DNA of 64,000 nt from Eledone cirrhosa (taxonomy: Eukaryota). Shown here one piece after another: positions 44,246 through 58,075 of this stretch (the first letter of the stretch is position 1; every line of letters begins with the position of its first letter). The translations under genes were made by a program, and so were the position numbers. The stretch lies in the NCBI GenBank assembly GCA_964016885.1, contig OZ024741.1:166470001-166534000 (forward strand), written 5' to 3'. Below the pieces are notes generated by a model. That model saw only the letters and a program-made list of their open reading frames with translations. It searched no databases and had not been told where the DNA came from.

Positions 44246-44484
44246 TTCATTTGTCAGTGTTGAACAAAAGAGCAACGATGGTTGCTGAACACTGTACGGC
44301 TTAATTCGGGCTGTTTGTTTACAAACAAACCGAACATTATAATAAATGTTCGGTAAAACCATACGTACATATATATATGTGTGCATGTATGTATGTATAT
44401 ACATACTACTGTACGTCAGTATACATATATGTATGTACGTATACATACTTATATATATAAGTACTTCACCGTACTACCTACACT

Positions 44485-44548
<64 letters not shown>

Positions 44549-44554
<6 letters not shown>

Positions 44555-46074
44555 GACGTAAAATAAGAAAATATTTTTTTAAAAAAAATTTTAAAAAAAT
44601 TTTTTACTTACTTAAATTTTCACTCCAACTAATTAGTTTCTGCAATGGGATAAAGACAGTTACGTAATCCAACTGTCGAGAATTCATTGCGTCATCAGGG
44701 AGTCTATTCTCAGTTAAGTCTCCAGGCAATGCGCGGACACTGGCGGCTCATATAAAAATAATAATAATTCGGTAGATCGAACAGCTTGCGAGGACTGGAT
44801 TCTATGTACCGAAATTCTCACTGCTTCAAGTCAAATGGCCGATTCTAAAGAATCAATCACGTGACACAGAGGCTAGTTAGAAGGAATGGGATGGTAAGAT
44901 GACTGACGCCTACTAACACCCCAAAAAAAATTTTTTTAGAAGTGGTTTTGACAAGTTTGCTCGACAAATCAGTGATTTGGAGATAAATATAGATAATTTA
45001 ATATATCAACTAACATAAGCGCACAGATGCACGCCCATGCCGGCAAATACACAGGTTATGTCATAGTACCTAGGTGGTTCAATGCAGGAGAATGCAGAAC
45101 AATAATATAAAGGACGTAAAATAAGAAAATATTTTTTTAAAAAAAATTTTAAAAAAATTTTTTACTTACTTAAATTTTCACTCCAACTAATTAGTTTCTG
45201 CAATGGGATAAAGACAGTTACGTAATCCAACTGTCGAGAATTCATTGCGTCATCAGGGAGTCTATTCTCAGTTAAGTCTCCAGGCAATGCGCGGACACTG
45301 GCGGCTCATATAAAAATAATAATAATTCGGTAGATCGAACAGCTTGCGAGGACTGGATTCTATGTACCGAAATTCTCACTGCTTCAAGTCAAATGGCCGA
45401 TTCTAAAGAATCAATCACGTGACACAGAGGCTAGTTAGAAGGAATGGGATGGTAAGATGACTGACGCCTACTAACACCCCAAAAAAAATTTTTTTAGAAG
45501 TGGTTTTGACAAGTTTGCTCGACAAATCAGTGATTTGGAGATAAATATAGATAATTTAATATATCAACTAACATAAGCGCACAGATGCACGCCCATGCCA
45601 GCAAATACACAGGTTATGTCATAGTACCTAGGTGGTTCAATGCAGGAGAATGCAGAACGATAATATAAAGGACGTAAAATAAGAAAATATTTTTTTTAAA
45701 AAAAATTTTTTAAAAATTTTTTACTTACTTAAATTTTCACTCCAACTAATTAGTTTCTGCAATGGGATAAAGACAGTTACGTAATCCAACTGTCGAGAAT
45801 TCATTGCGTCATCAGGGAGTCTATTCTCAGTTAAGTCTCCAGGCAATGCGCGGACACTGGCGGCTCATATAAAAATAATAATAATTCGGTAGATCGAACA
45901 GCTTGCGAGGACTGGATTCTATGTACCGAAATTCTCACTGCTTCAAGTCAAATGGCCGATTCTAAAGAATCAATCACGTGACACAGAGGCTAGTTAGAAG
46001 GAATGGGATGGTAAGATGACTGACGCCTACTAACACCCCAAAAAAAATTTTTTTAGAAGTGGTTTTGACAAGTT
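44549..46074 (-). repeat. 2.7 x 558-bp near-identical tandem units between (TA)n tracts, each with a degenerate HHR-like motif
   Basis: aggacgtaaa at 44553, 45111 and 45669; minus strand CTGATGA cgcaatgaattctc GA cagtt...aactGTC. Confidence 0.9.
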
Positions 46075-46096
46075 ATATATATATATATATATATAT

Positions 46097-46794
46097 AAAA
46101 TAAAGTTAAATAAAAGGTCAAATGTTTAAAATTTAGCTTCGTTTATTACTGCTATATATATTTCAGTGACAGCCATCTTTGGCTGTGACCTGTAGTGTTT
46201 GTGTTTGCTATTGTTAGGCAAACACAAACACTACAGGGAGCCTCACCCTAGAAAGAATTCTATAGACTTCTGACTGAGGAATGCTCTCAGAACTGACCAA
46301 TGGGAAGTTTGACACTTTTTTTTGTTATTTTGTTCCTTTAACACCTTGTCGCTTCTACCATTTTATCAATTTTTTAAGCTAACTCCAACAATAACAATAC
46401 TTAGAATGAGGAATGTTCTAATAACTGACCAATGAGAGGAGAAGAGGCCCTTTGACACTGAGATTCGTTTGTTTGAATTCATATGATTCCAATTTCTCAG
46501 TGAAATAACAACCCAACCAGGAACTGGGCATATCAGAGTATTGACAATATTATACACCTCAACAACATATGTACTTGTCTATACCATACTAATTCAAACT
46601 GCCTGAAGAGGTCACAGCCAAAGATGGCTGTCACTGAAATATATATAGCAGTAATAAACGAAGCTAAATTTTAAACATTTGACTTTTTATTTAACTTTAT
46701 TTTCCATTACTCCGGAGTAACCAAACCAACCTGCGCACTTCGTCGAGTGCTCCAGGCTGCATACTGAGGTGTTGGTATACAACCAACATATACT

Positions 46795-46797
<3 letters not shown>
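46097..46797 (+). mobile_element. Inverted-arm (46097-46190 / 46610-46702) plus tail mini-element
   Basis: About 93-bp arms, about 95-nt tail, (TA)n flanks. Confidence 0.8.
46598..46652 (+). ncRNA. Type I hammerhead ribozyme
   Basis: actgc CTGAAGA ggtc-acagcca-aaga-tggctgt-cact GAAA tatataTA gcagt. Confidence 0.88.
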
Positions 46798-46860
<63 letters not shown>

Positions 46861-46864
<4 letters not shown>

Positions 46865-47640
46865 ATAAATTAACGGAGACGTAGAGCCTCGCCATTCCCT
46901 GTAAATAATGTGCTCAAAGGAGAAGAAATCCTGAGCTCTTTAAAATACAATATCTTGAAAAGGTAACACACCAGAGAGAGATATATAGTGCGCTATCAAT
47001 AAAACGGGGAAAAAACCTCAGTGTATGGAATCTATAACCTATGAGAGGCAGACTATAGACACGATAATTAAAAATATAAATTAAAGCGTAAATAAATGCC
47101 TCTATAACTATATAACACACGTACAAATCCAAAGAGATATTTCGCCAGTAAGTTGTTGACAGAAATGAAATAACCCAGGTTCATCAGCGTGTGTCAGGCT
47201 ATACATTTCAGACAACACTAAGAGAATTTTAAAAGTGACTGTCCAGCTACACGTGGGAGAAAGAAGTCACAGCGTGTTTAAGGGCAGTGAACCAGTGGCC
47301 TCTGAGGGACGAGCTGCTAGAAAGGGCATCCCTAAACCACTCAGAGAAATATCACGATAAATTAACGGAGAGATAGAGCCTCGCCATTCCCTGTAAATAA
47401 TGTGCTCAAAGGAGACGAAATCCTGAGCTCTTTAAAATACAATATGTTTAAAAGGTAACACACCAGAGAGATATATACAGTGCGCTATCAATAAAACAGG
47501 GAAAAAACCACCAGTGTATGGAATCTATATCCTATGAAAGGCAGACTATAGACACGAAAATAAAAAATATAAATTAAATGTTTTATTGATAGCGCACTGT
47601 ATATCTCTCTCTGGTGTGTTACCTTTTCAACATATTGTAT
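46861..47640 (-). mobile_element. 1.45 x 492-bp tandem plus short inverted arm, with an HHR-like motif at 47136-47190
   Basis: cacgataaattaacggag at 46861 and 47353; 47581-47640 inverted; minus strand CTGATGA acc...ggc GAAA taTC. Confidence 0.75.
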
Positions 47641-47852
47641 ATATATATAAAAAAATCTTTACCTGGGTCCTGTATTTTCGTTGCTCTAGTGATGCGGTCG
47701 GACTGCCGACTGCTATATCTAATTTGCTAAGCTGTCTGAACATAATGTTTATACTCTGGGGTCTTACCTCATATGAGTGCTAAAGCTACAAACCGAATAA
47801 GCATACACGCTAGCTTGGCCGTATACTAGAGCTTCATCTATGCTGTACTAAA

Positions 47853-47906
<54 letters not shown>

Positions 47907-47943
47907 ATAATAATAAATTTGAAGACTAAAATCTGTTATTTTA

Positions 47944-48007
<64 letters not shown>

Positions 48008-49539
48008 TACATATATATATATGTGTGTAGTGTAGGTAGTACAGTGAAGTACTGGTGTTGGTACCAAAACAATAAAGTTTCGTTTACATATGAAAAATAT
48101 TTATTGCGTATCGACCTGCTACGCGCGTTTCGCATCACCAGTCTGATGAGCAGATCGATACTGGAGTCGGGTCCATAACTCGTATGGGTCTCCTTGAGCC
48201 AATCCTCTGCGAAACGCAGGTCGTCAGAAGTTAATTTTTTAGTTGACTGTCTCCCCAGTCTCAGTTTGGAAGCACCAGGGTGGAACCCGAGAGTTTTCTG
48301 TTTTAAACGTCATAAATTACTCGTTTTACAGAAAACGAGTAATTTATGACGTTTAAAACATAAAAGATCGTAGGATAAACATGAATTTCATTTCCAAAGA
48401 AAGACGGGTGTAATAATAAATAATTACTGTGGGCATTTATGGCTTTTCTATGGAGAAAGATCCTCTGATTTAACTCAATACTTTTCAATGAGAGAATAAC
48501 AAGATATATCAACCTAAGTATACAGACTACCAAAAACACACATCTATTCATATATATGCCACAATTTGTACATGTTACGTTTATCGTATATCGAAGTTTT
48601 TATATCTTGGTTGATATTTGATGATATATCATGTTAACCTTCATAATACATTTTTTGTCATGTCATAACCTTTTCTCCACATATCATTATTTACCAATTG
48701 CTAGTATGTGTATTCAGAAACAGATATCATAGGTCATTTTGCTATAATCACTTTATTATTATTGAAAGCTGTAAATGTAATATGACCTACTTGGACTCAA
48801 ATTGCATTTTCTGACCATTTTAGAGTGCAAAGAGCTAAACTAATCACTTACAACTAAATTGACCAAATTTGGTCCACCTGGAAAAAAATCACTATAACTG
48901 ATACTAGCCTTAGCAAGAGAGCGAAACCTTAACACTGATCACTGAAACAGCTAATACGATTGTGAACAGCATGAAGGTCACTGAATCTGATTTATTATCT
49001 TCTTATAATAGAGCTGTATTGTAGCGCACTAAGTCGTTATTTAAAGGTTTCTAATTAATTTTAAAATAGATTAATTAGAAAACGACACAAAAGATATTTT
49101 GATTAGTCAATCACGTGATCTAATATAACATGCCGACAGTAATCATAACTAAACATCAATAGTTGAGCCTAGTGATGCTTGTTGTTGTTGTTCTTCTTCT
49201 TCTTCATCTTTTCGTTTCTTTTTTTTCTTTTTTCTTCTTTTTCTTCTTTTTTCTTTCCTTCTTTTTTTCTCTTTTCTTTTTTTTTCTTTTTCTTTTCTAC
49301 TTTTCTTCTTTTTCTTTTTTTCTTTTCTTCTTTTTCTCTTTCTTTTCTTCTTTTTCTTTTTTCTTTTCTTCTTCTTCTTCTCCTCCTCCCCCTCCTCCCC
49401 CTCCCCCTCCCCCTCCCCCTCCCTGTTAAACAATGGAACAGTTACCTCAGTCGAATAATGACAGTCTCTTACAAAGTCAATCTAATTTATTTTGAAATAT
49501 ATTTTTCTTTCTCCTTTTATTGTATTTTTCTCTCTTTTA

Positions 49540-49782
<243 letters not shown>

Positions 49783-49789
49783 TATATTT

Positions 49790-49865
<76 letters not shown>

Positions 49866-49867
49866 TT

Positions 49868-49936
<69 letters not shown>

Positions 49937-49947
49937 TATATATATAT

Positions 49948-50023
<76 letters not shown>

Positions 50024-50139
50024 TCTTTTCTCTACTATATTTTCTTCTCTCTCTTTCTTTTCTCTATTATATTTTCTTCTCTCTCTCTCTCTATCTATCT
50101 ATCTCTCCTCTCTTTCTCTGTCTCTCTCTCTATCTATCT

Positions 50140-50195
<56 letters not shown>

Positions 50196-50336
50196 CTATT
50201 ATATTTTCTTCTCCTCTCTCTCCTCTCTTTCTCTCTCTCCTCTCTATTATATTTTCTTCTCTCTCTCTGTTTCTAATCAAAAGATTTGAAACATGATAAA
50301 CACAAATCTAGAAGGAATAGCTGCAATAACTTGGAT

Positions 50337-50378
<42 letters not shown>

Positions 50379-50629
50379 CGTGTGTGTATGTGTGTGTGTG
50401 TGTGTGTATATATATACGTGTGTGTATGTGTGTGTGTGTGTGTGTGTACGTGTGTGTGTGTGTGTGTACGTGTGTGTGTGTGTGTGTGTGTATCTGTATG
50501 TAAGCGACACTATGTTTGCATGTGTGTGCTTCTGTGTGTAAGTGTCTCTCTATGTTTGAGTGTCTCTGTGTGAGTGCCTCTGAGTTAATGCGCTTCTGTG
50601 TCTGCGTGTATCTGTGAGTGAGTGCCTCT

Positions 50630-50670
<41 letters not shown>

Positions 50671-51274
50671 TGTGTGAGTGATTCTGTGTGTGTGTGCCTC
50701 TCTGTGTGATTGCTTCTGTGTGTGAGCGTCTCTGTGTGAGTGCCTCTGTGTGTGTGTGTGTGTGTGTGTGTATACGTGCTTCTGTGTGTGAGTGACTCTG
50801 TGTGTGTGTGCCTCTGTGTGTGTGTGTGTTTGTGCTTCTGTGTGTGATTGATTCTCTGTGTGTGTGCCTCTCTGTGTGTGTGTGCTTCTGTATATGAGTG
50901 CCTTTATGTGTGAGTGCCTCCTCTCTCTCTCACTCTCTCTCTCTCTCTGTGCTTCTGTGTGTGAGTGTCTCTATGTGTGAGTGCCTCTGTATTTCAGTGC
51001 CCCTGTGCGCGAGTGCCTCTGTGTGTGTGTGTACACCTGTACGTGAGTGTCTTTTTATCTGCGTACCTCCATATGCGTGTGCCTCAGTATGTATGCGCCT
51101 GAGTGTGTGTATCTCTGCGTGTAGGTGAGTGTTTATGTATGCATATGTGTGGATATATGGCTACATGTTAGTGTGTGCCTCCTTATGCGTGAGTGCTTCG
51201 ATGAGTGTGATCCATGGTATATGCACCACCATGTGTGTGCATTCATGTATTAGTGTTTGTGAATGTATAAAAGG

Positions 51275-51461
51275 AGTCGATCGACTTTCGTCAAATCGGA
51301 CCGAGGAAACAAAGTTTCCGTAGGTCTTTCCAATTGCTAATACTATCTATCAGTCGCAACTCCAGGTAGAAGGAGCAACGTGAAATAAAGTGTCTTGCTC
51401 AAGGACATAACGCATCGCCTGGTCCAGGAATCAAACTGACAACCTCATGATTGCGAATCCA
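51275..51461 (-). mobile_element. CORE-like SINE
   Basis: Reverse complement of the 10745-10968 family. Confidence 0.78.
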
Positions 51462-51540
51462 GTGTGATTATATGACTATATATATATATATATATATGGA
51501 TGCATGTACTAGTGTTTGTGTATGTATAAGTGATTATATG

Positions 51541-51582
<42 letters not shown>

Positions 51583-51917
51583 TAAACGGAATAGAAAATG
51601 CTGACAAATTGTTCACAGTGAAAAATAGTTTAATTAGGAATAAGTGAGAATTAGTAATTGTATTGGTTAGTATTCAGTTTTGGTTTTAAGTTTTACCGGT
51701 TGCGCATTTCTAATGCTTTTCAAAAATAATTTTGAGATCGAGCGTCCGTGATGTTTGCTCTGATCTGATTAGTTTTGGGAATTCTGCCTATTTTACTAAC
51801 CAATACAATTACTAATTCTCACTTATTCCAAATTAAACTATTTTTCACTGTGAACAATTTGTCAGCATTTTCTATTACGTTTACCAATATATAATAACTT
51901 GTGTGTTACACCTCTAT

Positions 51918-51992
<75 letters not shown>

Positions 51993-52026
51993 AATTTGCA
52001 TATATATATATATATATATATATATC

Positions 52027-52064
<38 letters not shown>

Positions 52065-52070
<6 letters not shown>

Positions 52071-52872
52071 ATACATTAGCAGAGAAAGCATTAAGCGATA
52101 CTCTGACCAACTCCATCTCACTCAACAAACATTAGGATATACCTAAGTATAATCCCAATTATGTGTTTGGGGTGCTAACTATATAGTATTCCGTGGATAA
52201 TTGGTTGTATTATTTTATATGAGACATAATTAAATAAATCTCTCTTTCCTTCCATACGATCGTTTCGTTATAAGATTTCTACAATTTGGGATAAATAATG
52301 TCCAAGTTGTGTAGAAACTTGTATATAATCCATAGATATACACACAAGCGGGCCCTTATAGCTCATCAGTGGATGCCCATGCAATATCGATATAAAAAAC
52401 TACATCGATATTAATAATTAGTGATGGTCTCCGTCAGTGTTAGAAGGACAGCTAAATTTGAAAAGCCAGTAATCCTTCAAAAAGAAAATTCACACTGTCC
52501 CCAAAAGGGAAAGGGGAGTTCATCGTAAAAATAAAATAATATACATGCTGGTCATTGAAGTCTGTTAGGTATTTTAACCACGTGTTTAAAAACTCAATTG
52601 GATATAAAATATATATATATATGTATGTACTATCTATACACACGCAGAGATATTTAAAAAATAATAAATATATGTACGCAATATCTATACACACATATAG
52701 GTATTTTCTCAGGCAAAAATATCAGACAGGAGATATAGGAAAATGCAATCAATATTTCATATAAAGAATAAATAAAGAAAGTCATACCTAAATATCTGGA
52801 ATTTTCATATCTGGCCATCCAAGAGTATAATATTTAATACATTAACAGAGAAAGCCTTAAGCGATACTCTCT
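52065..52872 (-). mobile_element. 766-bp monomer with 40-bp terminal direct repeats and an HHR
   Basis: tatttaatacattaRcagagaaagcMttaagcgatactct at 52065 and 52831. Confidence 0.78.
52251..52373 (-). ncRNA. Type I hammerhead with a long branched stem II
   Basis: tcca CTGATGA gctataag [two hairpins] cttataac GAAA cgatcGTA tgga. Confidence 0.75.
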
Positions 52873-52924
52873 ATATATATGGATAAATGTACTAGTGTTT
52901 GTGTATGTATAAGTGTGATTATAT

Positions 52925-53007
<83 letters not shown>

Positions 53008-53011
<4 letters not shown>

Positions 53012-54665
53012 GGAGGTGAGTTTTATTGTAGTACAATAAAGCAATGCAGATATCGGATAAGAAGCACTCTACAGTTTGTAGGACTGGAGTATACATAATA
53101 TATAAGATCAAAAGATGGTTAAATGAGTTCCATATATTTTATTATGCGCATTTCAAAAACAAATATCATCATGCAATAACATTTGTGTTTTCATCAGATA
53201 AAATGATATGAAGGTTAAAAACACTTGTGGATAGTGCAGTTTTAAATCAACATATGAAAAGTAGTTTTAGATTGATGTGTGATATTGGGGAAAACATTTT
53301 TTTAGGGGGGGGGGGTGAAAAAGAGGAGGAGATGAGAGTAAAAAGTGGAGGGGGAGGAGTATAATGAGGAAGGATGAGATAGGAGGAGATATGGCTGATA
53401 GAGAGAGAGAGATAGCTTTTATAACTGAGAAAAATATATTGTTTTACATAGAGAGGTTGAAAAACCGTTGGAAGATAATGTATAAATTAAAAGAATTTGA
53501 AAATTAACGAAGAGAAAAATAATGTAAAGTTAAGGTTTGTATATTGAAGGGTTTAATAATATGTGCGATGAAAAGAAATTGTTAATATGTATTAAGAATA
53601 ATATTTAAGGGTTTAATAATATGTGCGATGGAAAGAAAATGTTAATATGTATTAAGAATAATTTTAAGGGTTTAATAATATGTGCGATGGAAAGAAAATG
53701 TTGATATGTATTATTAAAGAAAACACAGAAGTAATGTAAGTAAGGATATATTGTGAGATAAGCATGAATAAGTTAGATGAAAGTGAGAAAAAAATAATGA
53801 ATAGAGGATGAATAATCTAACGTCAAAAAAATGTTTATGCTTACGAAGGATTTTTTCAAGGTGATATAAAGTAAGAATATAGTGTATGTGTAATAATTGT
53901 TTCTATGTTAGGCACAGTGAGAAAAGGTACAGATTAGGGGTTAGAAATTAAAAGAAAAAGCAAAAGAAAAGAAAAGGAAAAGGAAGAAAGAGAAGATTTT
54001 GGCTCCACTTCCACCTCCTTTAAAGCTCGTCTTTATAATCATCATTCGTCTTTTAAATATAAACTTAAAAGAACCAACACGGCTCTCTCAGAACTCATAT
54101 GGTCCTTGAAAGACAAAAATATTAAATATAACATCTCTTGGAAGAAGGTTTCCTCTGCTTGAACAGTTCTCTATCCAAGACTTGCAATCTCTGTCTGAAT
54201 GAAAAATTTACCATTATATCTAATTTAGATTCTATAATAAATAGACGCACTGACTTGTTTTCTATCTGCTTGCATAAATTCCACAGAACTTTCCATAAAG
54301 TATACAGATAATATCCTAAACTTTATCAATTCAGAATCCTTTTCTCAAAGACACATATATATATATATATACTTCTTTAAAAATATACCCATCTTTCTAC
54401 CTTATTTCAAAGTTATTTATTATATTCTATATCATTCCTATTCATCCCTTCTCTTTCTTCCTTTTCCTTTTCTTTTCTTTTGCTTTTTCTTTTAATTTCT
54501 AACCCCTAATCTGTACCTTTTCTCACTGTGCCTAACATAGAAACAATTATTACACATACACTATATTCTTACTTTATATCACCTTGAAAAAATCCTTCGT
54601 AAACATAAACATTTTTTTGATGTTAGATTATTCATCCTCTATTCATTATTTTTTTCTCACTTTTT
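53008..54665. mobile_element. PLE with 5' inversion: 3' UTR/pLTR (-, 53008-53995) joined to a GIY-YIG fragment (+, 54001-54310) and the start of the UTR
   Basis: GSTSTSFKARLYNHHSSF...LSELIWSLKD...CNLCLNE...ICLH; 53783-53992 is inverted at 54451-54662; 3 x about 60-bp tandem at 53547-53712. Confidence 0.85.
53136..53204 (-). ncRNA. Type I hammerhead ribozyme (related to family A)
   Basis: attttat CTGATGA aaac-acaaatgttat...gatatttgt-tttt GAAA tgcgcaTA ataaaat; palindromic ATGCGCAT. Confidence 0.85.
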
Positions 54666-54669
54666 TTTA

Positions 54670-55560
<891 letters not shown>

Positions 55561-55839
55561 GATGGATGTGTCTGTGCGAGCGTGTGTTTTGTGCTGTGTC
55601 TAGTTATGTTGGCAGATCAGAGGAGTGTGTCATTTACTATGAACTCCATCGAACTGGAAACACAACTAACTAAATTAATTATGAATGAATGGGAAAAATA
55701 ACAGGAATTTAAACAGATGACATTAAACGTTCAATTTAGGATGTGTTCAGTTAAAAGGGTATGTATGTATCTGTGTGTGCGTGTGTGTGCGTGTTGGGCG
55801 CGCGCGTGTGTGTGTCTGTGTGTGCGTGTGTATGTGTCT

Positions 55840-55902
<63 letters not shown>

Positions 55903-56142
55903 CAGAAAAAAATCGATAGAAAATGTACCTTACTTGAAAAAAATGTGTTACACGAAAAAAATAAAAGATCTAAACAAATAGATGGCCTATGGCCTATAAC
56001 ACACAGAGGCTTGTCATGTCATAGATTATTGTTATATTAATATATATATTTATGTGTGTGTGTGTGTGTGTATTCATACACACACACACACACATACACA
56101 CATACACACACACATATATATATATTAATATAACAATAAGCT

Positions 56143-57235
56143 ATGACGGGAATATACCGTGACGATGGACTGACCTTATCGAGCCATAAAAGTGGTCACG
56201 ACCTCGACCGGTTTAAAAAAGACTTAGATTCTACCTTCAATGAATTAGGACTTAGGATAACAGTAGCTACCAACCTCTCTAGCGTAGATTTCTTAGACAT
56301 TAATTTAGACCTTCGCACACACACCTACAGACCCTTCCATAAGCTTAACGAAAAACTCAATTACGTTCACAAGGACTCATGCCACCCACCCACTGTTTTT
56401 AGAAACTTCGTTAAGAATATCAGTACTAGAATCTCAAACCTCTCCTCTAATAAGGCTATCTTTGACAGAGCGGTACCCTACTACAACACGGCGTTAGCTA
56501 ACAGCGGCTTCTCACAACCTATCACTTACTTTCCCACTAACAACAACAGCAATAAGAAAAGAAAGCGTAACAATAGACAAACTATCTGGTTCTCTCCTCT
56601 CTTCTCACTCAACGTTAAAACCAATCTAGGCAAAACATTTCTAGCCCTCTTAGCTAGACACTTTCCCATAGGTCATAAATACCGCTCCATCTTTAACCGA
56701 CACAAAGTAAAAGTAGGATACTCCTGCGCTAAGAACATGAAGGCCCACATCACCAACAGCCCCAAGAGCAACACCCCCACCAGGGTGCTCTTGCCGTAAG
56801 CCCGAAGCTTGTCCCCTTCAACAGCAATGCAACACACCCGCTGTAGTTTATGAAGCTGTGGTCACTTCCAACCGACCAAACGAACCACTGGAGGTCAAAT
56901 CCTATGTGGGTATGGCGGAGAGCCGTTTTAAGGAACGCTTCCTGAACCACCAGTCGACCTTTAGGTACCTGAACAGACGTTCATCCACGAAACTCGCGAA
57001 CCACGTATGGTCCCTCAAGGACTCAAGTATAGACTACTCCATTCAATGGAAAGCCATCACTAAGTCCAAGCCATACGCAAAGGGCAATCCGTCGTGTGGA
57101 CTATGTATTGATGAACGAATAAATATTCTAAAGAGATTACGCAATAGTGATTGCTTAAACTCAAGAAATGAATTCTTCACACGTTGTCCACCCGTCTGGA
57201 AATACCTCTTACATAACTACAAAGCTCCGGATTGA
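56143..57235 (+). pseudogene. Naiad-like PLE, 5'-truncated: RT C-terminal half + CxCx5C linker + GIY-YIG, one frameshift
   Basis: GIYRDDGL, VDFLDINLDL, IWFSPLFS, IFNRHKVKVGYSC; after the shift CSCRKPEACPL, VVYEA...YVGMA...FKERFLNH, CGLCIDE, LNSRNE. Confidence 0.95.
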
Positions 57236-57403
57236 ATTACAACAACATCCTAATTTTCTCATCAACTAGAAACTTTCAGGCTTTCGCAGTTATCTCCCTT
57301 ACACCTCTCGCACACAATTTAGTATTGTCTGTGGGAAGTGAACGTTTCTGCGCATGCGCGATCGTACGGTTGTCCTTCCTGTTCCGTATAAACATGTCCA
57401 TTA

Positions 57404-57441
57404 CGAGCTGAAGATCCGCAAAGGTGAAACAATTGTTCTCG
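57404..57441 (+). ncRNA. Minimal type I hammerhead ribozyme 170 nt after the PLE stop
   Basis: cgag CTGAAGA t-cc-gcaaa-gg-t GAAA caattGTT ctcg; palindromic ACAATTGT. Confidence 0.88.
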
Positions 57442-57473
57442 GTATGGTGAACTAACTGTTGTATACCCACTTC

Positions 57474-57542
<69 letters not shown>

Positions 57543-57566
57543 TGTGGAGAGGAAGCACACGAGTTA

Positions 57567-57631
<65 letters not shown>

Positions 57632-57822
57632 ATTATTAAATATATAAATAAATAAATAAATGCCATTGTTAATTAATAAATAAATCAACTAATACCTTAA
57701 CACTTCACACAAAGTAGAATATTTCGTTTTAATCATTTTCTAACCCAGAAAAAAAAGAGAGAAATAAATAAAAAGGGAATAAAATATATTTTTCTTCCTA
57801 ACAATCGTCTTTTTCTCCCTGT

Positions 57823-57861
<39 letters not shown>

Positions 57862-58075
57862 ATCGGACTGGGTCTAAAAATATAGGTTGCCAGGAAATGA
57901 AGGGAGCCCACCTACATATAGAATGCTATTATTTAATTCTTATAATGAATAAATAACATTTTCGAAAAATACACAAGTGGAAACAAAACAGTTTAATCAA
58001 ATTTTGCGGGAAAATATCTTACCTTCTCCAATAAAAAATATTATGTTTTTTGCGAAATCCAGAGACTTTCAATAA

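Noticed and set aside
48300-49150. Unique AT-rich stretches that might hide host exons (also 16400-16860, 36420-37030, 55560-56040)
   Set aside because: No supported splice-site plus reading-frame combination; RNA-seq would be needed.
49149-49433. Lys/Arg/Glu-rich ORF
   Set aside because: Translation of a polypyrimidine tract.
54150-54165. In-frame TGA in a Naiad-like GIY-YIG fragment as possible selenocysteine
   Set aside because: It is not at a conserved Cys, lies next to a frameshift, and I saw no convincing SECIS; the other copies use ordinary Cys codons.
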